Positions 1-6,446 of a DNA stretch of 25,195 nucleotides are shown piece by piece. The translations under genes and the position numbers were made by a program. Source of the stretch: a virus (lineage: Duplodnaviria > Caudoviricetes); IMG/VR virus record IMGVR_UViG_3300018757_000032, positions 1 to 25,195 of that record. One strand, written 5' to 3'. Positions within the stretch are counted from its first letter, which is position 1, and every line of letters begins with the position of its first letter. The notes below the pieces were generated by a model that was not told where the DNA came from, ran no database searches, and was given only the letters and a program-made list of their open reading frames with translations.

Positions 1-351
1 GGCAAGCAGAAACGGATCAAAATAAATAAGGCCCTAAAAAAGGCACTGGCTGACTATATTAAAGATAGAGATGACCAGGAATTTTTATTTAAGAGCCGCG
101 AAGGACTAAATAAACCGATCAGCAGAAGCACGGCATACAACATATTGAAAGAGGCGGCGGAATACGTGGGGCTTGATGGCATCGGCACCCACACCATGAG
201 GAAAACGTTCGGTTATTGGCACTACAAAAAATTCAAAGATGTGGCCCTGCTGCAAGAGATATTCAACCATTCCAGCCCGGACGTCACGCTTCGATATATC
301 GGGATCACTCAAGACACAATGGACCAAACAATGGACGCATTCAGCTTGTAA
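1..351 (+). CDS. Tyrosine recombinase/integrase family protein, C-terminal part (5' truncated by window edge)
   Basis: Frame 1 is open from base 1 (GKQKRIKINKALKK...FLFKSREG...) through track ORF 145..351; it has HTMRKT (HxxR) and FNHSS...TLRYI (His and catalytic Tyr) motifs. Confidence 0.93.
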   Translation, partial: GKQKRIKINKALKKALADYIKDRDDQEFLFKSREGLNKPISRSTAYNILKEAAEYVGLDGIGTHTMRKTFGYWHYKKFKDVALLQEIFNHSSPDVTLRYIGITQDTMDQTMDAFSL

Positions 352-384
352 GCTCATCTGTCTTCAAAACGGATGAGTTTTTTT
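352..384 (+). terminator. Intrinsic terminator after the recombinase
   Basis: GCTCATCTG pairs with CGGATGAGT, followed by a T-run, immediately after the TAA stop. Confidence 0.8.
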
Positions 385-398
385 CTGCCTATTTTAAT

Positions 399-514
399 GA
401 ACTAACCATAACGAGAAAGTGTCCAACTCATTTTGGCAAAATGGCTTAAAACTATGCAGGGCAAAGGGTTCCGCGTTTCTGTGAATTGGACACAATATAA
501 GATATGGTTAATTC
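399..514. repeat. Bipartite long inverted repeat (candidate recombinase sites)
   Basis: GAACTAACCATA-N8-GTGTCCAACTCA (399-430) versus TGAATTGGACAC-N9-TATGGTTAATTC (482-514); each 12-bp arm matches the reverse complement of its partner at 11/12. Confidence 0.8.
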
Positions 515-531
515 GTGGATAATGTGGATAA
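514..531 (-). promoter_or_regulatory. Two tandem DnaA-box-like 9-mers
   Basis: CGTGGATAA (514-522, 8/9) and TGTGGATAA (523-531, 9/9), the reverse complement of the DnaA box TTATCCACA. Confidence 0.5.
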
Positions 532-564
532 ATGAAAAACAATCCGATTCACCAACAAAATGAT

Positions 565-623
565 TTGGCACAATTTTGGCGCAACGTTGGCACTCTGTTT
601 TGTTTTAGATCGGTTAATATGGT
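565..623 (+). promoter_or_regulatory. Putative activator-dependent late promoter
   Basis: TTGGC(A/G)C x3 at 565, 576 and 587 (11-bp period), then -10-like TAATAT/TATGGT at 615-623 with no good -35; position at the head of the packaging operon. Confidence 0.5.
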
Positions 624-650
624 ATTAGGTCAAAATTGAAAAGCGACTTT

Positions 651-680
651 AGGGGTGAACAAATTGTTCATCCCTTTTCT
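651..680 (+). terminator. Terminator-like hairpin containing the palindrome TGAACAA-A-TTGTTCA
   Basis: AGGGGTGAACA pairs with TGTTCATCCCT, then TTTCT. Confidence 0.55.
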
Positions 681-700
681 TATAGGGGGGGATTCCGGAG

Positions 701-868
701 ATGGAAAATGCGTATGTGGTTTTCTCGGATTATTGCGATGCTTATATAAAGTTCTTTGAAACATATAATGAAGCACAAAAGGAGTTTGCTAACCGCATCG
801 ATGATCCAAGCTGTAATAGCGTAGACACATATCTTTGTAGTGTCATGGTCTATCAGCCAGGTAAATGA
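701..868 (+). CDS. Small hypothetical protein, 55 aa (MENAYVVFSDYCDAYIKFFETYNEAQKEFANRIDDPSCNSVDTYLCSVMVYQPGK); not in the ORF track
   Basis: Translated by hand: ATG 701 to TGA 868, G-rich RBS at 685-691, stop immediately followed by repeat R1. Confidence 0.7.
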   Translation: MENAYVVFSDYCDAYIKFFETYNEAQKEFANRIDDPSCNSVDTYLCSVMVYQPGK

Positions 869-872
869 TCAG

Positions 873-907
873 GCGCTTTCCCAAGCGGGAGGGCGTCTTT
901 TTATTTG
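873..907 (+). repeat. Hairpin repeat R1 (terminator-like)
   Basis: GCGCTTTCCC-AAGC-GGGAGGGCGT-CTTTTTATTTG. Confidence 0.85.
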
Positions 908-1096
908 GGTAGCTACTGACCACGGAAGGATAACGGGTGCACACGTATATCTGGATGAAAGTTAGCGTTTCAAGGGGATTCAGTCTTAAACCCCTTGGTT
1001 TTATGTTCTCTGTAAACCGGGTCCAATGAATCTCAGATCAGACGATTGGTGGCCAATGAGGGACTCTGAGTGTGGGCCCGGTTTAGAAAGAATATA
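908..1096 (+). ncRNA. Candidate structured non-coding RNA
   Basis: No convincing ORF. Stems: 971-977/991-997, 1002-1009/1089-1096, 1013-1025/1073-1085 (13 bp), 1032-1037/1065-1070 and 1045-1049/1053-1057. G-U pairs favour the + strand. Confidence 0.6.
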
Positions 1097-1100
1097 CCAA

Positions 1101-1131
1101 GCGCTTCCCTAAATAGGAGGGCGCTTTTTTT
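1101..1131 (+). repeat. Hairpin repeat R2 (terminator-like, followed by RBS GGAGG)
   Basis: GCGCTTCCCT-AAAT-AGGAGGGCGC-TTTTTTT; compensatory C-G to T-A change at the top of the stem relative to R1/R3. Confidence 0.8.
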
Positions 1132-1145
1132 GGAGGGATTGACCT

Positions 1146-1715
1146 ATGAGCTTTGAAATGAACTTGGCACATATCAGTATTTCAGACCTGTTGGAAAAGG
1201 CAGCAGAAAAGAATGAGTTTATTTTTGTAAGATCGCAGCAAAGACGTCTTGGTAAAACAACCGCGCTTTTAGAGTTTGCGAGAAAGAATAATTATCCTGT
1301 CCTGACAAAAAGAGAGGTAGCGAGATGTTATCAGCTGGAACATCCGGATCTTAATATTATTGGATATGTGGATGGATCAGAAGTCGATGGGCTATATAAC
1401 GTCGTTTTTGATGAAGGGGTGCCGAGGGATGCGGTTAAACGTCTCTATAAGCTTGGTATTTTGCTGACTGGATTTGTTCGTGTGGATGACCAGGAAGTTA
1501 TTAATGATGATAACAGATACTCGGTATTTGATGGATATAGCACAGAAGCACCTTCGAAAAAACCACTTCTTGGGGTGAAACCGAGATCCATTCACGATGA
1601 GCAAAGAGCAGAAGAATTAAGTGGTGCTATCATGAGATATATACAAGCTAATAGGCGTATACCTACTGAATGGTTGGAAGAATACAATGAATTATTAAAA
1701 AAGATGATTATATAA
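1146..1715 (+). CDS. Hypothetical protein with degenerate P-loop NTPase-like N-domain and small helical C-domain
   Basis: 189 aa ORF, RBS GGAGG at 1132; QRRLGKTT (Walker A-like) and VVFDEG (Walker B-like). Confidence 0.75.
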   Translation: MSFEMNLAHISISDLLEKAAEKNEFIFVRSQQRRLGKTTALLEFARKNNYPVLTKREVARCYQLEHPDLNIIGYVDGSEVDGLYNVVFDEGVPRDAVKRLYKLGILLTGFVRVDDQEVINDDNRYSVFDGYSTEAPSKKPLLGVKPRSIHDEQRAEELSGAIMRYIQANRRIPTEWLEEYNELLKKMII

Positions 1716-1721
1716 AACCAC

Positions 1722-1755
1722 GCGCTTTCCCAAACGGGAGGGCGTTTTTTATTTG
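1722..1755 (+). repeat. Hairpin repeat R3 (terminator-like, followed by RBS)
   Basis: GCGCTTTCCC-AAAC-GGGAGGGCGT-TTTTTATTTG; 23/24 identical to the R1 core. Confidence 0.85.
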
Positions 1756-1770
1756 AGGGAGATGATCCAA

Positions 1771-2079
1771 ATGGAATCGAAATGCGAGTATTGCGGCGAG
1801 GTTCATGGGGTTTTATTGCGGGAGGAGAAAAGGGCTAATGGTATTGAAATTGGGTATATTCAATGCCCCGCTTGCCAGCATAGGGCCGTGTTTTCTGTGA
1901 CTACCCCACAAATTAGAGTCCTCCAAAAGCGTATGAGAGGTGTAAAGAACCAATATGCGAAAGCCAAGAGGCTAAAGAAAGCCGAGCGCCTTTTGACAGA
2001 GTATTTCAATTTAAAGGAGCGTATTGGCCTACTTATGCAGCCTTTAGTCGAGCAAGCAAATGAAGAGCTGAACCAATAA
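1771..2079 (+). CDS. Zinc-ribbon-like hypothetical protein (about 102 aa)
   Basis: CEYC...CPAC pair plus basic helical C-terminus; ATG 1771 preferred over track start 1753 because GAGGGAG lies at 1755-1761. Confidence 0.75.
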   Translation: MESKCEYCGEVHGVLLREEKRANGIEIGYIQCPACQHRAVFSVTTPQIRVLQKRMRGVKNQYAKAKRLKKAERLLTEYFNLKERIGLLMQPLVEQANEELNQ

Positions 2080-2105
2080 GTGTTTGACACTGAAGGAGGA
2101 TTACA

Positions 2106-2480
2106 ATGCCACCTAAGCCATTAAGGGAGTGTAAGGCCTACGGGTGTAAGGCCCTTACCAGGGAGGGCTACTGCCCTGACCATAAGCACGTCAAGCAGGA
2201 GGAAACGAAACATTACAACAAACATTCAAGAAACAAAACAATAACAAGTTTTTATAAATCAACTGAATGGAAACGAACAAGAGAACTTGTTTTGCTTCGA
2301 GACAATCGTCTTTGTCAGCAATGCTTGAGAGAACACCGATTCACTCCTGCCGACATGGTCCATCATATTGTGGAGGTAAAGCAGGACTGGTCCAAGCGTT
2401 TAGACCTTTCAAATCTCGAAAGTCTCTGCAATGCTTGCCATAACAAGGTTCACGGCGACCGAAGCAAGTCGGTCAAGTAG
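2106..2480 (+). CDS. Terminase-associated HNH endonuclease
   Basis: RDNRLCQQC...VHHIVE...NLESLCNACHNKVH; RBS AAGGAGG; directly upstream of terS as in cos phages. Confidence 0.93.
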   Translation: MPPKPLRECKAYGCKALTREGYCPDHKHVKQEETKHYNKHSRNKTITSFYKSTEWKRTRELVLLRDNRLCQQCLREHRFTPADMVHHIVEVKQDWSKRLDLSNLESLCNACHNKVHGDRSKSVK

Positions 2481-2483
2481 GGA

Positions 2484-2560
2484 TACCCCCCTATAAAAAT
2501 CCTTGGGAAACAACCGCCGCGGGAACGGCGCCCCCTCTTCTGCAAACAAACACCGCTTTT
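2484..2560. other. Probable cos (cohesive end) region
   Basis: Between HNH and terS: C-run at 2486-2491 then GC-rich AACGGCGCCCCCTC; GCGCCCC (2528-2534) is 6/7 to the phi105 overhang GCGCTCC as I recall it. Confidence 0.6.
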
Positions 2561-2571
2561 CAAAGTTCCCG

Positions 2572-2635
2572 AAAACAAAAAGAACCCTCCCGGCAAATTC
2601 GCCGAGAGGGCTTGATATGACTGGTTTTGTTGTTG
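2572..2635 (-). ncRNA. Candidate about 60-65 nt antisense small RNA
   Basis: On the - strand, downstream of a TG-C-TATGAT promoter: A/C-rich leader, then hairpin CCCTCTCGGC...GCCGGGAGGG and TTCTTTTTGTTTT. Confidence 0.55.
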
Positions 2636-2640
2636 CTTTC

Positions 2641-2668
2641 ATCATAGCATGAGATTGAGAAAAAACAA
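2641..2668 (-). promoter_or_regulatory. SigA-type extended -10 promoter
   Basis: Minus strand reads TTGTTT-16 nt-TATGAT with TG at the extended -10 position (TGCTATGAT). Confidence 0.6.
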
Positions 2669-2709
2669 GCACAAAATTGCAATTTTTTTAAGAAATGAGG
2701 TGAGAAAAC

Positions 2710-3225
2710 ATGCCGAGACCTGCAAAATCCGCAGCCCTTCAATTAATACAGGGCAATCCAAATAAAAAGAATACGAAAGAGCTTGCAGCCAGGGCCAAGC
2801 ATGAAAAAAAGTTGAAAATGCGCTCTGAAAATATCAAACCGCCTACCTGGCTGGATAAGGTGGCTAAAAAAGAATTTAAGCGGATTGCTGCTTTATTATC
2901 TGAGGTGGAAATTATGACGGAGGCGGATATCAGCATGTTAGCCGCCTACTGTAACGCCTATTCTCAGTACATCTCTATTACAAAAATTATTGAAGAAGAC
3001 GGCATCATGATTCATACAGAGGGTCAAGGTGAAAACGGGGAACCGGTCAAGTTGATTGGAGAAGAGCATCCCCTCCTGAAACGACAGAAAAACTTCTATG
3101 ATCAAATGAAATCGGCTGCTAATGATTTCGGACTCACACCGTCTGCACGTGCCAAGCTCGCGATCACCAGGACCCAAGAAGAACGCGAAAAAACAGCAGC
3201 GGAAAAGGAGTTCAATAATGTATGA
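2710..3225 (+). CDS. terS: Terminase small subunit (P27 family-like)
   Basis: MPRPAKS...GNPNK, PPTWL...AKKEF and FGLTPSARAKL motifs; RBS GAGGTG; overlaps terL start. Confidence 0.92.
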   Translation: MPRPAKSAALQLIQGNPNKKNTKELAARAKHEKKLKMRSENIKPPTWLDKVAKKEFKRIAALLSEVEIMTEADISMLAAYCNAYSQYISITKIIEEDGIMIHTEGQGENGEPVKLIGEEHPLLKRQKNFYDQMKSAANDFGLTPSARAKLAITRTQEEREKTAAEKEFNNV

Positions 3226-4931
3226 ATACAATTAAACAATTTATGATTGACTACTCGCGCGATGTGGTATCGGGCGAGATTGTTGCGTGTCAAAAACATA
3301 TTTGGGCTTGTGAGCGATTTTTAAAAGACATCAAAAGGGAAGGGACAAGAGAATTTCCCTACGTATTCGATGACGAGAAGGCTAGGCGTTTTCTATTTTG
3401 GATGACTCAATTTAAACATACCAAGGGGCCGTTACAAGGACAAAATATCGTTCCTGAACCTATACAGATTTTTATTTTTGGAAATGTTTATGGCTGGATT
3501 CATAAGGACACAGGTTTCCGCCGTTTCAGGAAAGTATATTGGCAAGTTGCCCGCAAAAATACGAAAACCCAAAGCCTGGCATGTGTAGGGTCCTATGAAG
3601 GTTTTGCAGACGATGAATATATGTCAGAGGTTTATATCGGGGCGACAAAAGCCGAACAGGCAAAGATATGCTGGAATGAGATCAAGGCACAAATTATGCA
3701 ATGTGATCTATTAAATAAGCCTGAGAAAAAATACAGGATAGCCTACGGCAAAATAGAACACCCAAGAACACAATCTAAAATCGAGGCGCTTTCTAAGGAT
3801 GCCGGTAAAACAGGAGACGGCTTTTCGCCCCAATGCGGCATCATTGATGAGTACCATGCGCATAAAACATCTGAAGTTTATGACGTCCTTGCTTCAGGGA
3901 TGGCAGCAAGAAACCAGCCTTTGATGGTTATTATCACGACTGCCGGCTTTGAATTAAATAATCCTGCCTACCGGGTGGAATATGATTACGTCTCTCGGAT
4001 TTTAGACCCAAACAAAGTAGAAACCAATGAACAGTATTTTGTGATGATCAATGAACTGGATAAGGGCGATGACATCAAGGATGAGCGTAACTGGATAAAA
4101 GCAAACCCTATTGTGGCTGCTAATGAACACGGGTTAGAGTATTTGCGCGGCGAGCTTGAAGTAGCTCTCGCGGTTCCTGAAAAAATGCGTAATTTCCTCA
4201 CTAAAAATATGAATATCTGGGTCAATATGCGCGAAAACGGCTATATGGATATGCAGGCCTGGAAAGATTGCGGGTCCGATCAATTCCCTGATCTAAATGG
4301 CCGAGAGTGCTATGTTGGGATTGACTTATCAAAACGAATTGACCTGACAGCTGTCTCCTTTATTTTCCCATTGGATAATGGGAGCTTTGCTGTAGAGAGT
4401 CACGGTTTTATGCCAGAAGATACATTTTATGAGCGTATGAAGACAGATAATGTACCTTATGATTTGTGGAGGAAAAAGAATTGGTTAACCGTCACCGATG
4501 GCGCTGTTGTCGATTATGACTATATCAGAACCTACATTAAAAAAATGGAGAAAGAGAAAGGGTGGCGAATCAAAGAAATTGGTTACGATCCGTATAATGC
4601 TACACAATTTGCCCAACAGATGGAGGCTGACGGATATGTCATGATTGAAATTCGACAGGGTGTTGCTACATTATCTGAACCAACGAAAGACTTCCGTGAA
4701 AAAGTAAAGGCCAAGAAGATCATTCACAATAAAAATGATCTGCTGACATGGGCCATGGGGAATGCCATTACAAAAGTAGATGCCCAGGAAAACATAATGC
4801 TGGACAAGTCAAAGTCAACACAACGGATTGACCCGGCGGCTGCGCTTATCAATGCACACGTGCGGGCTTCGCAAATTGATACGGCCGTTGACTTAAACGC
4901 TTATATACAATCTGGATCGTTCAGCCTGTAG
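3222..4931 (+). CDS. terL: Terminase large subunit
   Basis: 569 aa; ARKNTKT Walker A variant, IIDEYH Walker B, ITTAG motif III, GIDLS...D nuclease motif, RIDPAAA. Confidence 0.96.
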   Translation: MNTIKQFMIDYSRDVVSGEIVACQKHIWACERFLKDIKREGTREFPYVFDDEKARRFLFWMTQFKHTKGPLQGQNIVPEPIQIFIFGNVYGWIHKDTGFRRFRKVYWQVARKNTKTQSLACVGSYEGFADDEYMSEVYIGATKAEQAKICWNEIKAQIMQCDLLNKPEKKYRIAYGKIEHPRTQSKIEALSKDAGKTGDGFSPQCGIIDEYHAHKTSEVYDVLASGMAARNQPLMVIITTAGFELNNPAYRVEYDYVSRILDPNKVETNEQYFVMINELDKGDDIKDERNWIKANPIVAANEHGLEYLRGELEVALAVPEKMRNFLTKNMNIWVNMRENGYMDMQAWKDCGSDQFPDLNGRECYVGIDLSKRIDLTAVSFIFPLDNGSFAVESHGFMPEDTFYERMKTDNVPYDLWRKKNWLTVTDGAVVDYDYIRTYIKKMEKEKGWRIKEIGYDPYNATQFAQQMEADGYVMIEIRQGVATLSEPTKDFREKVKAKKIIHNKNDLLTWAMGNAITKVDAQENIMLDKSKSTQRIDPAAALINAHVRASQIDTAVDLNAYIQSGSFSL

Positions 4932-4940
4932 GGGGTGGAA

Positions 4941-5135
4941 ATGCTGAAATTTCTAAGGTTCTTGCAGTTGATTTTAGAGGATATCTTGCTGCTCGCAGGC
5001 ATGGTATTCATTTCAATAGCCATATATCGGATGAACGTAAACGCGGGTTTAATTGCAACCGGTGTTTTTTTATTCTCTCTTGCCAGCTTGGCAGGATTCG
5101 TTCGTCAAAAAAATAAGGATGAGGGAGGGAAATAG
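4941..5135 (+). CDS. Small two-TM membrane protein between terL and portal
   Basis: Two hydrophobic stretches; ATG 4941 after GGGGGTG (track start GTG 4935). Confidence 0.75.
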   Translation: MLKFLRFLQLILEDILLLAGMVFISIAIYRMNVNAGLIATGVFLFSLASLAGFVRQKNKDEGGK

Positions 5136-6446
5136 ATGCTATTAAGCCGTTTAAAGAGCGGAATAAAAAATGAAATTGCTGAAGAGGATAGCGGTTTCCT
5201 TCTCCATCCGGCTAATTGGTTTAAAAATATTTTTGCTGGAACAGAAAGTTCATCTGGTGAAAGGGTATCAACAAAAACGGCTGTTTTGCATCCGGATGTA
5301 TATGCTTGTGTGATTGTTTTGGCTGATGATATTGCGAAACTGCCAATTAAGCTTTTTCAGAACCAAAACGGCAACATACAACAGGTTCAAAATAAAGTAA
5401 GCGGCATTATTCTAAACAAAGTGAATGACTACATGACAAGCTTTGTATGGAAAAGGCTGTTGGTTACGAGACTTTGCACTTGGGGAAACAGCTATAATCT
5501 TTTGCTTTTTGATAAAGACGGGAATGTGGCTGGGATCAGAGCATTAGACCCTGAAGCGACAAATACGAATATTGATCCAAATAACGGCCGGGTATGGTAT
5601 TCAACCACACTTGACGGCAAGTACCGTGAATTTTTTTACGAAGAGGTACTGCATTTTAAAAACCTGTCTCTTGACGGAATTGTAGGTCAAACCCCGATTT
5701 CAGTTATTCGGGACAATATAGGGTCAAATAGAGCTGCCACAAAATTTAACGCGAAATTTTACAAGAATGGTGGCGCACCGTTTGGCGTTGTAAAAGCGCC
5801 GACTCTTTTAGACCGAAAAAGCAAACAAATTCTTAGGGAAGATTGGGAGCGGGTGAATGCGGGGCAGTCTATTGCAGTTTTAGACGCCGGGCTTGATTAT
5901 TCACAAGTAACAATGCCCATGAAAGATGCCCAATTTATTGAGTCGATGAAATGGAATCGCCAACAGATTGCATCGATTTACAAGGTGCCGCCTCATAAAA
6001 TAGGGGAGCTTGATCGGGCGACATTTTCAAATATAGAGCAACAGTCCTTAGATTATGTCAAAACCACTTTACAGCCAATCGTCACAAATATTGAACAAGA
6101 ATTAAACGATAAGGTTTTGACAGAGAAGCAACGGGGAGCAGGATATTACTTTAAATTTAACCTGGAATCAGAGCTTCGCGGGGATAGTAAATCACGTGCT
6201 GAATTTTATAAAACGATGCAAAGTGTCGGCGCCTTTAGCGTTAATACTATTCTTCAAAAAGAGGACATGACAGGTATCGGGGAGATCGGCGATGAGCATT
6301 ATGGAAACTTAAACCTAGTTCCCCTTTCAATTATGAAAGAGTATCAACTAAGCAAGGTCAAACGGTCTTCAAATCGCCTGAAAGGGGGTGATGGCAACGG
6401 AACAGAAGAAGAAAAACAAGTATTGGAACATGAAGGTTCTGAATGA
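5136..6446 (+). CDS. Portal protein (HK97 family)
   Basis: VYACV..LADDIAKLP, EVLHFK...DGIVGQTPI, IASIYKVPPHKIG, FSNIEQQ; position after terL. Confidence 0.95.
   Translation: MLLSRLKSGIKNEIAEEDSGFLLHPANWFKNIFAGTESSSGERVSTKTAVLHPDVYACVIVLADDIAKLPIKLFQNQNGNIQQVQNKVSGIILNKVNDYMTSFVWKRLLVTRLCTWGNSYNLLLFDKDGNVAGIRALDPEATNTNIDPNNGRVWYSTTLDGKYREFFYEEVLHFKNLSLDGIVGQTPISVIRDNIGSNRAATKFNAKFYKNGGAPFGVVKAPTLLDRKSKQILREDWERVNAGQSIAVLDAGLDYSQVTMPMKDAQFIESMKWNRQQIASIYKVPPHKIGELDRATFSNIEQQSLDYVKTTLQPIVTNIEQELNDKVLTEKQRGAGYYFKFNLESELRGDSKSRAEFYKTMQSVGAFSVNTILQKEDMTGIGEIGDEHYGNLNLVPLSIMKEYQLSKVKRSSNRLKGGDGNGTEEEKQVLEHEGSE

Noticed and set aside
106-449. Track ORFs 106..357 (-) and 216..449 (+)
   Set aside because: They overlap the recombinase frame and terminator, with no RBS or recognisable motifs.
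566-592. Sigma-54 (-24/-12) promoter, TGGCAC-N5-TGGC
   Set aside because: GG-N10-GC spacing is met, but -12 reads TGGC rather than TTGC, and the match is a by-product of the 11-bp repeat.
912-966. Hammerhead ribozyme (CTGA...GAAA around a hairpin)
   Set aside because: Core reads CUGACCA rather than CUGANGA, and the required stems could not be built.
873-1755. R1-R3 as a CRISPR array
   Set aside because: Intervals are about 200 and 600 bp and one contains a gene; no cas genes; the repeats end in T-runs like terminators.
3545-3570. TerL Walker A ARKNTKT lacking the usual Gly as a sign of inactivation
   Set aside because: This position varies among terminases of this type, and all other motifs and the ORF are intact.
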